This document shows, in pieces, positions 1 to 14,109 of a stretch of 64,000 nt of DNA. The first letter of the stretch is position 1, and the number at the start of each line of letters is the position of its first letter. This stretch comes from Marsupella aquatica (taxonomy: Eukaryota > Plantae > Marchantiophyta). The position numbers were made by a program, and so were the translations under genes. The notes below the pieces were generated by a model, which saw nothing but the letters and a program-made list of their open reading frames with translations, was not told the DNA's origin and ran no database searches. The stretch is taken from assembly GCA_973895155.1 (NCBI GenBank), contig OZ316899.1:15031974-15095973 (forward strand), read 5' to 3'.

Positions 1-14
1 ATGAGGCAAAGAAG

Positions 15-2920
15 GTGATGAGCAAACTTGGTTTGAATTATGTGTCCATCCATGCATGCCCAGATGGCCATGTACTTTTCAGAAAAGAATATGTTGATTG
101 CCTATCGTGCCCTATCTGCGGAAAGCACAGATATAAGAACGTGGGGAAGTCAACTCAACCTGCTAAGGTCCTACGGCATTTCCCTCTCATTCCAAGATTG
201 CAGCGCCTCTATAGGTGTCCATCCATTTCTAAGATGATGACTTGGACCTCTGATCAGAAGAGTACAGATGGTTTGCAACATCACGTTGGAGATTCCAACC
301 ACTGGAAGTACATAGATGAGAAGTGGCCGGACTTTGCAGCAGAGAGCAGAAATGTGAGGTTTGGTCTAAGCCTTGACGGTGCTAATCCTTTTGGAGACAA
401 GAACAACGTGTATTCTTGCTGGCCAGTGACTTTGATAAATTATAATCTCCCGCCTTGGATATCCACCAAGCGTTTTTTTGTGATCTTGTGTCTTATGATT
501 CCCGGCCCAAACTCTGCTATAAGTGCAAACATAGATGTTTGGTTGGCCCCTGCGGTGGAGGAATGGGTTACTCTATGGACACATGGAGTTATGACAGTTG
601 ATGCACTTTGTGGACCTGGTAGACCGAGGACATTCGACCTACGTGCAATGTGTGTTAATTCAATAGCAGACTACCCTGGACATAGCATGATATCTGGGCA
701 GGTAGGGAAGGGATATCTGGGTTGCACATGATGTGGCCCAGATGTTACATCTGAACAGTCCGTTTCCTTGGGCAGTATCAAATTCCAGGGCCACAGGCGA
801 TATCTTCCTGCCGACCACCCTTTCAGGCACAGGCAATCCCACATAGCCCGCTTCAACAACCAGAGGGAGCTTTGAGAGTCTCCTGTGTTGGTTAGTAGAG
901 ACCAACTTCTGCAGTGGGGACTGAACAAGGTGTCTTATGATGAATATGGTGCTTGTAGAGACGTGCCAGACGACCCAGCAAAGACTCATGGCATCAAAAG
1001 GCAGACAATGATGAACACATCATTGGAGTATTGGAAGGTAACATTTGCATATTCACTTGTACTCAGCGAACCTCTTCAGATCCTATGCACAACAGTTTTT
1101 AGTTCTTGTGTCTGAACCTAATTGTGGCAATCATGCGTACTTCATGGGTGCAGGATTTTGAGCCAAGCAAACATAACATTGATGTAATGCACATTGAGAA
1201 GAATGTATGCAAAAGTCTTTTGAAGTTTCTGTCGGGGGACAACGATACTGCAGCAGTACGAAAGGACCTTCAGGAGAAGGGCATTCGTCCTCAACTTTGG
1301 CTGCAAGAATCCCAGAATAGGCCGGGTGTGGTTTTCAAGGACCAAGCTCCATATGTTTGCACCCAGAACGAGTGGAACATAGTTTTGTCTAGGCTGAGTT
1401 CGTTCAGAGTACCCTCTGGGTACGCTAGAGCCTTTGCAAAGCATATAAGGAAGAAGAAGTTGGGAAGCATGAAAACTCATGACTTCCATGTTATGATGCA
1501 AGACATTCTACCAGTATGTCTGAGGGGATTGATGCAAAACCCAGTTCGCAATGTCATTTTGAGACTGTGTCAGATCTTTCGTCGTATTTGTGTGAAGGTG
1601 TGGGACCCTACAACATTTCCTCAGTTAAAGGCAGATACTGTGCGTGTGCTTTGTGACTTGGAGATTTATTTCCCTCCAGCATTTTTTGATGTCATGACTC
1701 ATTTGATCATCCATGCGGTTGAAGATCTAGGCCACTACGGCCCAGTGAGTACAAGGTGGATGTATCCGATGGAACGGTACATGAAGTTGCTAAAAGGCCA
1801 TGTACATACTTATTACAGGCCTCAAGCAAGCATGGCTCTTGGTTACATTCAAGAAGAGACCTTGGGGTTCCTTACAGAGTACATGGCTGGTGTAGATAGT
1901 GTTAGGAGCAGGGTGTGGGATGCTGAGGAAGAAGAGGGGGTGGCTGGAGAGGTTCTTCAAGGCGCTTTTACTTCCTTGCAATTGTCTGCAGAAGTTCGTG
2001 ATGCAGCACACTTATATGTCTTACACAATACAGTCATGATGCAACCTTGGTGGCAGTGAGTACTCATGTTTCCGCACCCTCCCTGCATTCCTTCTTTATT
2101 CATATCCATTTTGGTAGGATATGTACATTGTATTGAGAAATTGTTCTCATTGTCATCATGCAGGGAATACAATGTGCAGAAGGCCGCCCAATTAGGGTTA
2201 AATCACCAGGCATTCCCTACTTTTCCTGAGTGGATCAGGACAACAATTTGAGAGCATAGCAGGCAGAACCCAAACATGGATAGAGATGTTCTCCTCTTGT
2301 CTGTGCCTCCCAGACGTATTGTACAGCGGTATAAACGGATGAAAGCATATGGGAATCAGTACCGTGTGCATGATGATGAGGACAAGCATTTAGTGACATA
2401 TAATTCGGGGGTAATATCTGTGTTTGAGCATATAGATGCTCAGAGCAACAGGGGCTGGATGGAGATGGGATATGTTGGGGAGTTGGCAGACATCTGGGCA
2501 CTGAATTATGGGAACACATCACAACAAATCATCCTAATGAAAGGTTCATGGGTGAAGCCAGATTGGCATGGGCCAAGAGCAACCATGAAACGGGATATGG
2601 ATGGCTTTCTAATGGTCAATTTTAACCAAAGACTGGCAAAATGGATGGAGCCTTTTGTGTTCCCAAGTCAAGTCGAGCAAGTATTTTTTTTAGATGTGGA
2701 GGAGTCTCGTGGTTGGCGTGTAGTCTGCCATAGCTCACCTAGAGTTCGAAGGATGGAGGGTACTAAAATAGAGTTCAGTTTGGATGCACATGGGGCCTTT
2801 GAACAGCCGGCAGTAGACGTTGTACATCGGGGCCAGGGGACCAGGGAGTACATCCCCTTGACAATGAGACAGACTTATGAGGGAGAGGTTGAAGCTGACA
2901 TGGACGAAGATGATGAGTAG
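15..2920 (+). pseudogene. CACTA TnpD-like transposase (Transposase_21, DUF4218 and DUF4216-type regions), spliced, with premature stops
   Basis: Motifs IHACP..C..C, LRHFPLIPRLQRLY, RNVRFGLSLDG.NPF, NYNLPPW, DVMHIEKNVC, MKTHDFHV, FPPAFFDVMTHL, RWMYPMERY and EPFVFPSQVEQVFF. Predicted GT-AG introns at 1038-1153 and 2056-2163. In-frame stops at 729 and 2249. Confidence 0.9.
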
Positions 2921-3382
2921 TTGGATTTGTTTTGTTGTGAGTAGGTGACTCTTTGAAGTGCAATGAGTAGCAAGTATGAGCAATAAATGGATGACTTGTT
3001 TGTGCAACCGCAATAACTTGGTGAGTAGGATGCCAGACGAAAATGGCATGTGTGAGTATGAGAAGCAGGCTGTGAAACACCGAGCATGCATTCGCCAATG
3101 TGCCGCAGCCCTGTTGGGTGATGTGCAAGAGGCTATTTTGGATATGTAAGGGACTGTGCATAGTATGAGCTGTATGTGTATCTCGTTGTGTGCGTCTGTT
3201 CATTGTGTAGCTTCTGTAATGGACTACTACATACATAACCTGTGTCGAATTTCATGTGGGTGTTGCAGTAACAAAAGTATCCCAACACTGTCGAAGCGGA
3301 GTCAGTGTAGACGGAAGACCTTCTGTAATCCTGACGGACCTAGGCGACGCAGTGAGAGGTTGACTTCAAAGACCCCTATTTC

Positions 3383-6235
3383 AATGGCTGAATCTCCTAA
3401 TAAGAATGAGGTAGAGGATTGCATGCCTGATGTTGGTGATACAGAATATGATCCTGACCAAGATCCGAATGCAAGTGCTAGCATGTCAGAGGATGATGAC
3501 ATGCCAAATCCTACCCCTCCACCAAAGCCTGCTTGCAGTAAGGCAACTGGGGGAACTTCTATGAGATCTCGACCGACGCCCTCTATATACTCAGCCCAAG
3601 CCCCAAGCAACAGCAATTGCAATAACCCACAATTTAATGCCCCCAACTATAACTGGCCGCAAGCACGACAGGGGGGCAATAACTATGGCGGGTCTATGGG
3701 TGTAGGCCCTTCTGCCAGCTATATGGGTCCAAGTTGGCCAAGTAAGTGTGAACATTTTAATTTGTTTCATGTGGACAAGTGTATTTTGAGCTCAAATTGG
3801 CTGATTGTGTTCCTCAATAGATGTGGGTCTGAGTATGACAATTTGCCTGGTCTGATGTGAATGGCAGACCCAATGTGGGACCGTATGCAGCCCACAAATA
3901 TGTATGAAGGAGGGTCAATGGGGCCATTGGGGCAATTCATGGGAGGTCCTCTCCCAATGGCGACAGGATGGCAAGGTTATGGTGGGTATGGTGGGAACCC
4001 AGCACCAGCACCTTCAGTCCAACCGACATAGAGTCTGCGGAGGGGAGGAGGTATTTTCTACAACAGTTCTAAGTAAGTATTGAAATCAGGTAGTTCACAT
4101 AGACCATATGATATTAATGGTGTTAATTGCATTTCTCTTTTCAGATAACCCTATCACACCCCGCTCAGGCCATGGGGGAGCAACTCCTGGATTTGCAACA
4201 CCAAGTAGTGCGTCAGGGAGCACTGGGAGAGGTGAGAATGTGAAGCTGGGTACTGTTGAAGTTGATGATGAAGGCCGGATCACAACGATGAGTGCTGGAA
4301 AGAATAGATGGCACAATGACTTGCGATTGGAGTGTCTACGGTGGTTGGACATTAGCTGTACTAACTTTAATTGTCAACATCCATCTGACTGGGAACTGGT
4401 TTGCAAATATATGCGAGACAAGTGGGAATATTTGGGGAATTCTGGGAAAGGGGTCAGTGCTGATTGTCTTGCAGAGTATGGACGAACTATCATGAAAACA
4501 GAGAGGCATCGATTGCACAAAGCATGGATTGCTGATGGTAGTAAACCACATGCTGAAGCACCCCCAAGTGTTCATGTAGAACAATGGGCTCGACTGAGAG
4601 GGACATTCCTATCTAGGGCAGGACAGGAGAAGTCTGCACAAATGATTGCTGCTAGAAATGCAGTGAAGAATCCTACGCTTACAGGGAGGGGAGGACATGC
4701 ACCAGTAGTAGCCAAATTGGTTGGGTTCCCATGCCATACATATCTTTATTTACATTTCAATATTTGAGTGGACTGTATGTAGTTGTAGCAGCACGCTACG
4801 TTTAGGCAAGATTGACATTGAGAAACGTGTCTTGCAATGTTTATGTGCTCCAGAAAAAGCTTACTGGAGAGAAACCCACAAAAGAGGAGGTTGTGGCAGA
4901 AATCAAAAGGGTAAAGTGTGATGAAGGCAACATTGGATCTAAACAAGTAATTTAGGAGCATTATTGATGGACAATCTATTATACAGTCCTTCTTCAGATG
5001 TACAGTACTGTCAGCCCTTATGCAATTGTAAAATTGCTGAGAAGAGCCGTTTGGTTGGTGTATGTGATATATAGCAGGGAGCAGTGTCTACCCTTACAGA
5101 GATATCAGACCGGTTGAAGACTGTGGAGAACGCTTGGCCATCAGTAGAGACTGAGATCAAGAGTCAATTCAAGGACATAGCTAGTCTTCTTCAAAGCCAA
5201 GGATCAACCTTAAGGGAAGTACAAGTTGAACTACGTGAGTTGCGGGCGATGCACATTGCTGGCAGGGTTGAGCACCCAATTGCACATCCATATGAAGAGC
5301 CTGCAAATATTGTGGAAGTTGTGCCTACAAAGAAGAGTGGTACGTGTCATCTGAAATCATGTTTAGTGTAGTGTGACTTTACCTAGGAATTTGAGGTTCA
5401 TGGATGCAGGATGGTTCAGGTTCAGGTTCTAGACCCTGAAGGTTTGTTACACTGTGTATCAGGTGATTAGATTGCAGTGGCTGCAGCAGATCCAAAGATC
5501 ATCAAACCTGGTACAACTGTCATTGAGAGTAAGTAAATGTTGGTTTGAAGACTCTGTCTGGCCTGTTAATGTGGTTGAGTATCTATGCCATGTACGTTCA
5601 ATTAGTGCAAACTTGATGGTTTGTTGACAGCTTTAGTGCCTATATGCTTAGTTGTAAATGAAGGAATTTGTGGCTGCTATTGAGGTACAGAGCCAGCACA
5701 GGAGGAGGTGCGCATACCAAATCCAGCAGGCAGGAAGAGGAGACGAAACTTAGAGGCTACCAAATTTTCAGATTCACAGGAGAAGCAAAGTGATGACAAT
5801 GATATGATTTTCATAGACTCTCAGCCTCCCCCAGGTATTGGAGATGAGTTTTCTCAATCCCCACCACTGATGAACATGGGAAAGATGAGGACTAGAAACA
5901 GTGGGAAGGAGACTTTGCCTTACAAGGCACCAAAGAAGAAGAGAAATAACACTTCTCCAAAAGGGACAGCAGTGAGCATTGTAGCACAGTCTTCTAGGCT
6001 AATGGCAACTGATAATTCTGGTGTTTGTGTTGGGACCGGCATACTTCAAATTGAAGCAAGTACTTTCCATGGAAAGAGGGTACTTGCTGATCATGTTGTG
6101 TTGTTATTGACTGCTGTCAGTAAGCCAAAATATCTTCTACCCTTTCCAAACAAGGGAGATGATCCGCCACACATCCATCTTGTGGATGTTGTGGAATCAT
6201 TTGTGATGTGGCCAGAGAAATTTGTAGAGTGTTAG
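3383..6235 (+). pseudogene. CACTA TnpA-like multi-exon gene (Ptta/Transposase_24-like region plus a C-terminal DUF8039/Tnp1-like domain)
   Basis: QWARL...EKSAQMIAARNAVKNPTLTGRGG at about 4580-4700. C-terminal VGTG...FHG.RV..DHV...LPFP...FVMWP at 6020-6230. Several GT/AG sites are present. The exon structure is approximate. Confidence 0.7.
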
Positions 6236-6399
6236 GTACCAAGTACAATTTGAGACTCAAATGTGAAGGATTGTTTCAATATATGGCCACAATTTTGAGT
6301 ACATGATGTTGGGTAATACTCTGTTTTTTGATGGATTGCTCATATTTTTACTCTGTTATTATGCCATTGTTAGTTGGATTGGTGCTTTTGTGGCATGAA

Positions 6400-6731
6400 T
6401 GACTCAGTCTCGAATATGAATGACATCATTGTCTACGGAAACTAGTGCGGTCAAATCAGTGTTACCAATCACTCATGGAAAACCCTATATGACTCGAACT
6501 AAGTCATTCTAAACACTTATGTTTGACTGATGTATAGATCTAAATACTTGAGCCTCTAGTCACTAAAAAGACTATTGACACTAGTCAATAATATGACTAA
6601 GTCAATCCAAGTCACCACTTTTACGACTACTAGTTGCAAGAACGACGTCAGTGATTTAATGTCATAGATGACCGATTTTAGTCATAGTCAGTCGTATTTT
6701 ATGGTCAAAAATAGGGGTATTTCTACTAGTG
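6400..6731. repeat. CACTA 3' subterminal repeats and TIR
   Basis: Dense short TGAC(T)/(A)GTCA motifs in both orientations, ending in TAGTG at 6727-6731. Confidence 0.8.
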
Positions 6732-9278
6732 TAAGCTTATTGTAGGAGTTGGTTGTTGAGGTCGGTCAGACTGGTAACTCGAGCCGAGGATTCTGAGCGC
6801 AACTGAAGTACGGTGTCGTCCAGCTTCTTGAGATCTGCTTGCCCCCCGCTCAACTCCTGGTTTAGTTCATTTCGCTGTTCGACAGTGCGGACTAACTCTT
6901 CACGGCGGGTAGTGGCCTCCTCTTCGAGGTGTTCTACTAGCATTTGGAGGCGCCCAATCTTGTTCCCCTTTGCCATGAGTTCTTCCTCCAAGCGGCTTAC
7001 AATCCGTGGTTGGTGCTCTAACATGAAGAAGGCTGGTTGAAAGTACGCCAAGACTTGTTGCCCGATGTACGTCGCCAGCTCCCCTGACATAGTCTAGCTA
7101 AACTTCTGGACCAGGTCGTAGGCCATGGTCCCTGGGGCTACTTGGTAGTCCTCCATCCTCTCGGGCACCGGTGGTTCCTTGGGCGGGGCGGCGAGCTCCT
7201 CCGTAGTCTGCAATGGGGAGGGGAAGGTTTCTTCAGGTGGTGGAGGGATTGGGGGTGGTTGTACCGGGGGTAGTGGAGGCTCAAAGGAAGGGGGTGACGG
7301 AGTATTAATCGGGGCCATGGGCTCAGGGTTTGCCCGAGGCGCGATAGTTTTCTCGCTCGTGGTTGCCTCCTCCGGAGCGGGGGTGACATTAGTCGGGGCT
7401 GAGGTGGCCATGTTCTTTCACTTGGCCTCCCGCCGTGCTTTGTACCAGGCAAGGATGATGGCGATGTGACTTCCCAGGTAGGTCCTTCCCCCGATAGCCA
7501 TACCTCCTTGAGCCCGCTTAAGCTCCCCCGAGAACCTACGGTAAAAGAATTGGGCCCAGTTCCGCCGTTTGTATTGTTCCACCTGTACAATCGTATAGAG
7601 GGAGATCTTGGATCGTGGCTCAATCATGTGTAGGGTAGTCCGTATGAAGTTAAGCCGCTTCATATAGATTAAGTTGGTGCATGACCCCTGCTTGTACCCG
7701 TTGTCTGTCTTACCCTCGGGTTTGAAGTGCCGAGGTGTATACTCCTTATCCCAAATTTGGAGTTCTACCGACACCGGCCCGGTTGGCAGACAGAAGATCT
7801 GTGCCAACCGATGCTCCATAAGTGATAAGGTTTGTCCTAAAACCTTGGTGGTCGATGCGTCAATGTCAAAGTTGGAGATGAACTCATAAACCTCCTTTGG
7901 CCCAGCTGCGCTAGGTCTCCATAGCAAGTGAGCGAACTGCTCCAACTGATGCTTTTTGAGATAGTTCGCATGGTCGGGTCTCTTGATCACCGTCCAGACT
8001 ACCTCGAGGACGCGGATTACCTATAATAAGTTAGGTTGTTGATTATCCAAGGGCCGTCGGGTCTGGTTGGTCCGGGGGTTGGCCGGGGTAGGTGCAGGGG
8101 CGGCGTTGGTTCGCGTTGTCGGTTTGGGGGCCGACGTCGTCCTTGCCCGCTTCCGAGAACGTTGCTCAAGCTACGGACTAACATGCTCGGAAACCGAGGG
8201 AACACTCGATGTTGTTCATGGGAAGGACTTGGGACCGGTTTGGCGGTACGCCGATGGTCATTGGCTGAGGGGCTAGGGATGGTGTCGGGGTAGCCATATC
8301 CCAGTTAAAGGCGTTGGAGCTTTCCCCGAGGAACATAAGATTGCGCGCCGCTTCTCGTTGTCTGTTGATGTCTTCTTCACACTTCTTGACTGCAATCTGT
8401 TGGTCGATGTATCCAGGGATTTTATCAAACTCTGTTGGAGTCAGCCTCTGGCTGCCCCTCAGCCTAAAGAACTTTGCGGGGACTTCAAGAATCGCCTCTG
8501 CTACCGATCTAAACCCCTCCTTGCTGATATATAACTTGGTGATGTAGTCCCGCAGCTCGTTGTAGTTGGAATCCCTGGTGATGGCTATCTTCTCACAGTT
8601 AACCTGTGCTACCTTAGCCACCAACTTTGTGTACCTTTGTTCGTAAGCGGCTTTCTTGGGGCAAGAATACCAGTAAGTCTCAGAGAACTTAGCACCTACC
8701 TCGCCAAACAAGGTCCAAAATCCCAAGGCTGTAAGGGTCATACTAACCTTTGTAGTCTGGTTCATTGAGTCCATGTTCCCGCCCGACAGTTTCGCTTGTT
8801 GGGGCAGCCTTACTCGCCCTGACTAAATCCTGCCACAATCCGCTCTTGCCCTTTGATAATTTCCTCATAAAAGTTAGCTCAATTCGAGCAAAAGGCGAGA
8901 AGGAATGGCAGCATCCACAAATTTTGAAAGGTATGATCGAGCAAATGGGCCGCAGCGCCATCGACTCAGCTCTTATGGGGGGTGCCAGGGTGAGCTTGAG
9001 CGTGAGAAGGCGAGGCCAATTTGGTCGTTGATAATGGCCCAAAGTTGGGTGTCTTGGTCCAAGTGTGATCTTCTAACAGATTTTTACTCCGCCGCCGCCA
9101 CTGTACCTCGATCAATCATAATAATCCCCTTTCCTTAATTCGTAATCATTCAGTCAACTAACCTACTCCTAATCTATTCATAATGGCAAAGACGGCTATT
9201 CGTGCTACTCTATGCTACGGCTACGGTCCTAATGACCGTATAAGTCCTAATCTAGGACCTGCGTTTGGTTAAGTGACA
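6732..9278 (-). mobile_element. LTR-like unit E (starts TGTCAC on the minus strand) carrying decayed accessory ORFs; truncated by the CACTA insertion
   Basis: In-frame segments 7418-7990, 7094-7411 and 6737-7090 encode the shared accessory domain (LEQFAHLLW..EF..F.....KV.G....L....LAQIFCLP; NGY..C; NWA..F; YLG.H), a Pro-rich linker and a coiled coil. There is an upstream ORF at 8178-8774. The 5' end resembles unit A (ATTAGGACTTATAC versus ATCAGGACTATAC). Confidence 0.6.
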
Positions 9279-9499
9279 CGTTATCCGTTGTAGTATGCCA
9301 ACAAAACCGAATATGCAATAATATGAACTAAAAACCAAGAATTCAAACCCACAAGGAACAAGTAAGAATGAATAGAATGATAAATGTATGATTTGAGTGG
9401 TTTTAGGATATTTCCACATCACATACGCAAATGTCAAATAAATAAAGGCATGTAATTAACAAAACACAAGAAAACAAGACTTCTTTTCAGCAGGAATGA

Positions 9500-10800
9500 T
9501 GAAATGACTTTTAGAATCGAGATCGGAAGTACTTGAACTCCATCACCGCTTCTTCAACAAGAATTCTGGCACTTTTAAGATGTTTGGTATAAGACAAGTC
9601 TAACTCCTCATTGACTGCTTCAATTCAACACACTACAAACTCTTTTAAATTGGCTTCTCTTGCTCACCTAGTCCATCACATCGTTCTGGTTATATCTATT
9701 GGAGGATCAACATTAAAGTGCCGTCAAGACGAGTTCCCTCATAGTGATACGCAATTAGAAGGAGCTACTAATGTATGTACCTTCAATGATTAAACGGTAC
9801 TAGATGGAATGAAAGAGGAATCTTGCTGTCAATTCATTCAGAATTCCATTCCACTCACCATAGCATTTCAGTATGAGCTTACATGGGAAAACAAGGTTGC
9901 AATTTGCAAGTAAGCACCATCACAAGGAATAAGCTGAGGTAAATATGTCCGCATCCTTCCACAGCTCAACAAAATCAGCAAAAGACTCCATGGTGATTTG
10001 ATAATGCTCACAGTGAGAAAGTCTTTTCTCATCAGAAACAGCTGCCCAGATATCATGCTTTACCGTAACAGATAGCACAGGAATAATAGTGTGAGCAGGT
10101 CGGAAAGGGATAGTGATCACGGTCTGAGCAGTGGTTTGCTCTAGGAATTCCACAACAAACTGCAGTGAATACAAGGGAAGATTGCCAAAGAGGGCAATAG
10201 CAGCTTCAACATTGTACATGGACAAATCACCGTAGAGTAACATGAAAGCAAGTAGAGGTCAAAATTGCCTTGCTGAAGTCCAGTACTCCTCAAAATCAGA
10301 AACCTCTAGAGTATGCAATCCACTAGGCATGATGTTGAGCACAACTGAAATCTCAGAAAGACGGTGATGATAGTAACGCTAGAACTCCAGAATGGGCATC
10401 TCAGATTGAGCAACCAGCCGGTAGAGAGCAAACTTCTTCTGAAAATTCTCATCCTCCTTCTTCAAAGTAACACTAGCAATACTGGGACTGGGAAATTTAG
10501 GAAATCTGCTCAACCTTGAGCTCACTTCTCCAAGAAAAGGTCGAGGGTAAGCCGTTGTTCTTTGTGCCTCGATGTCCGCACGTCCTCCCGCACTCGCGTT
10601 TGGTAACTCGGCGGCGCGCTTTGGAGTTTCGGGCAGAAAAATGTAGCCGCACATGTAGTCTTGCATGTAGTCCAAGTAAATAACTCTTTACAAGTTATTC
10701 CTTCTAACTAAGGTCTATTTAGCACTAAATAAAGCGTTATGCTTCAAAAAATTTAAAATTTCTACTAACTAGGGTAATTAAGGCTAAGGCCTCTATGACA
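9500..10800 (-). pseudogene. Decayed ORF of a second, unknown TE accessory family, just inside a TGTCAT start at 10800 (unit F)
   Basis: Read through stops it gives ALYRLVAQSEMPIL...YWTSAR...LAFMLLYGDL...LFGNLPLYSLQF, colinear with the remnants at 42320-43170 (+). Confidence 0.55.
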
Positions 10801-12099
10801 TCCGTGTCACACCTTGTGCCCCCCTCATTAAATGGGCTCCTCCTTGTACCTCCTGCCCCCTTGGGGAGGCGCTCCACACCTGGCCCCTCCCTCCTTTAAA
10901 AACAAATATGACAGGCCACCTTGGGCCCTCCCCCCTCCTTAATGTTCAAGAAGGGGCCTCCTGGCTCCTTGGGAGCCCAACTGGCCCCCTTTAACTCCAA
11001 CCTTGGCTTCCATGGGGAGCCCCTTTTACCTTGGGTCCCTACCCTATTTCTTTTTAAATATGATCCCCTTGGGTAACAAAAAGGGTAACACTAAAAGGCC
11101 CACCAAAATACCCAAATAACAAATAAGAAAGGGTAATTTATCACTTAAAAAGAGAGCACAAAATAGTGGACACGGATGGGATAAAAGTGCAGCATATGGC
11201 TACACTAGTAGGAGGGTAACAAATAAAGTGTCAAAGGGGACAAAAAGTAGAGGCAACCAAGTAGGGATAAAAGGTGGAGGGTAGTGTGCAGGTTTTGAGC
11301 CACTAAACACAAGAGTCAAAATGTCTTGAGCCCCTCTAAAGTGGATTTTGTTTCCCAAAATGCCACCAACTAGCCAGGCCTTGGAATTCCTCCCTTCTCC
11401 AAGCTAGCTTAGGCTCTAAACATATATTCTTTTTAGTTTTTTATGAACCCATAAAGTAGGCACAAAATGTGTGCACAATACAACTTCACAAAGTAGCCAT
11501 TAGCACCACAATTTGTATTGAAATCCCTTCACAAATTCCGTCACCAAATTCCGTCGAAAAAACTGTCGATAACAAACAAAATTCCAGCAAACGTTTGAAG
11601 CACAAAACGTCCACCTCTCAAGCTATTTTCACTCAAACTTCACCAATGCAACCGCATTGGCATGTTCCATCCAAAATCACAATAAAATTTCTAGTGGTTA
11701 TCCATCCAACAGAGTTTCTATCAAAATTTGGGCATGGCTTCTGCACATCCTTTGTGCATACAAAAATCTGCAGCAAGCTTTCCTCTCTAACCAGCAACAA
11801 ACAAAGTTTTTCGCACAACCATTCAATCGGCGCATACAATGAGCATAGCTTCTCCACATCAACGATTTGCGATGAAAGTGCAACCAGAATTCAGGAAATT
11901 CAGAGTTGAAATCAGAGTACTCTCACTGATTTTTGACAGCGCTTCCGCGCTCGGATACGTGTTGCCAACCAGTAGCATCAACTAGCAATCAGCAAACGGC
12001 AAACATTGGTAGAGTTCTGCTATACCAGGTCACCCTCCCAAACTCACAACACATGTGCAACCAACAAAGTTGCAACTCAAATGCAACATGGGGTGACAC

Positions 12100-12374
12100 A
12101 GTACAAGGAGCAAGGGGATAAACATCAACGCCAAGTTAGCTTTGAAATTGGGGAGAGCGTCTGGTTGTAGTTGAGACCTGAACAATACCACAGGAACATA
12201 ACTAGGAAGCTGGCTCCCAGATATGCGGGGCCCTATCGTATCATACAACGGGCCCACAAGGATAATCCAATTTTTGTGGTGTTGGAGAGTACTTGGGAAC
12301 CGGAAGAAAATTTGGGTAATGCCTCAAAGATCCTTGGAAGCTATCAGAAGCAAAGTGGCCTACCGCCGTTGTGA
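12100..12374 (+). pseudogene. Chromovirus (Gypsy) integrase C-terminus remnant with chromodomain fragment
   Basis: RKLAPRYAGPYRII (GPY/F module) followed, after a deletion, by ESTWEPEENL (chromodomain signature). Confidence 0.75.
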
Positions 12375-12499
12375 ATTGGTACAGGCAGCTATGACTACCT
12401 TTGTGAGTTGTATCCTAGTTTCACTCCTCCCAGCCTCTTGAGGATAAAGTTTGATTGTGTGGGCGCTAGAGGTTGTTGGGTGGCTGATTTCTTTTCCAA

Positions 12500-12930
12500 G
12501 TGGTGGACCTTGTGGAGGTAGGAGGCGTGAGTGGGCAGAGTGGGCGTGGACCTCCAAAATTAGGATTAGGATCAGGGCCAAGAGGCGGCCCTGACACTTA
12601 GGTAGTGGGATTGCCGATCCATTGGTAAGAGCAACACTTGTGCTCTTGCCTCACTGTACAGGGTAGATTATAGATTAGTTAGGTTAGGCTTACACATCAA
12701 GGAAATAGGTAGATGCGCTGTCAGGATAAATACTTGTGCAGCAAGAACTTTAGGGCCTTTTTCTTAAGCAAGTTTTTAGTGCACCAGCAAGGCTGGGATC
12801 AATTAGTCAAAGAAGCTCTCGATTAGTCCCATGCCAATAAGCCGCGGAACCGGCCTTGGCAAGAGCAAAACCAATGGGAAATCGGCTTGGTTAGGGTTCT
12901 TGGGTTTAGAGAGCCATGGGACGCACCACA
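12500..12930 (+). mobile_element. Internally deleted 3' end of a unit-A-family LTR-like element
   Basis: Highly similar to 58720-59045 joined to 59489-59595. Ends in the same GGGACGCACCACA terminus. Confidence 0.85.
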
Positions 12931-14109
12931 AGGGATGTGATCCTTGTAAGCGTTTGGGAAAACCTTTGCTAAGTGGGAGATGGCCTCTAGTTCCAATCAT
13001 GTTGTTAGCACCCTTTGAGCTGTAATGCCTTGCCAGGATCACGAAGTAATAACTAAGCCTAAAAAAAATGGCTAAATAAGGATAGATAGAGAGTATAAGG
13101 TAACAATAATGACCGATGCCGATTTCTACGTGTAGATGATAAAGGAAAGGATCCAACGGTTGAGATCCAGCAGATTGGAGTTATGACTGTGATAACATGG
13201 TTAAGAAGAAAGGAATAAAGAGAGTGGAAAAATTAAAAAAATTTGCCTTTGAAGCAGGAAAGAAGAACCTTAAATGCTAAGCAAACCATTATTGAAAGAT
13301 TAAGAGAAGGAAAAGAGGCTCAACCGGAAGAAAGTATTTCTTGGTAAAGAGAAGGAAACCGGACCACAAACCGGAAGCCGTAAAATTGTCTCCTGACGCT
13401 ATCAAGAAAATCTAACACCAGGTTCTTGAAGCCAAGGCTACGCTCTTTGTCCTGGGGAAAACCCATAAGCATTGGACTCCTGACAATGAGCCGGAATCCC
13501 TCTTAAGGCCGAACCGGTTTTGCTCTTCTCACACCTCTCAAAGCTGAACAGAGTAAGTTTTGAGCTCCCGAGTGAATAGGCTTGTTGAAGTAGTAGTGAA
13601 AGGAGGCTCTTCCCTTCCGATTGAGGATCTTGGGTCCGGATTATAGAACCATTCTAGTTTCTGTGAGAGAAAGGTATAAGAGAGCCTTGATAGACTCGTG
13701 TGAGGTGGCAGCCTACTCCTATGCTTGGAGGGAAGGCTGGGGATGTGGAGATTGGCGCTAAGACCCCTTGTTTTGATAGTTGTCTACTTCCGGGGCTTGA
13801 GCCGGTTTCTGAACCGGAACTGAACCGGTGGCAAACCGATTTCTACTATATCTCGCTTGCTGGACGTTTGTTTTCGCTGAAAGTGTGCTGAGATGGAGAA
13901 GGTTGGATGATATACGCGACGGAGTAATTATAGAGGCTATATTCACTTCTAGCTCCTACCTTCTGCCCTCACCGGTTCAAATCTGTTTGCTACTCCAACT
14001 ACCAGGCAGTATGAAGAGTGCCAAGAGCAGTCCTTCTTCCAAGACTCAGAGTGGGACTCCAGTAAAGCCTGAAGTACGACGTTCAAAGAGGAAATAGACT
14101 CAGATCACC

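Larger units (their letters stand above)
1..6731 (+). mobile_element. CACTA/EnSpm DNA transposon, 3' portion (5' end is outside the window)
   Basis: It contains a TnpD-type transposase and a TnpA-type gene. It ends in ...TTTCTACTAGTG (reverse complement CACTAGTAGAAA, the canonical CACTA TIR) at 6731, preceded by subterminal repeats. Confidence 0.92.
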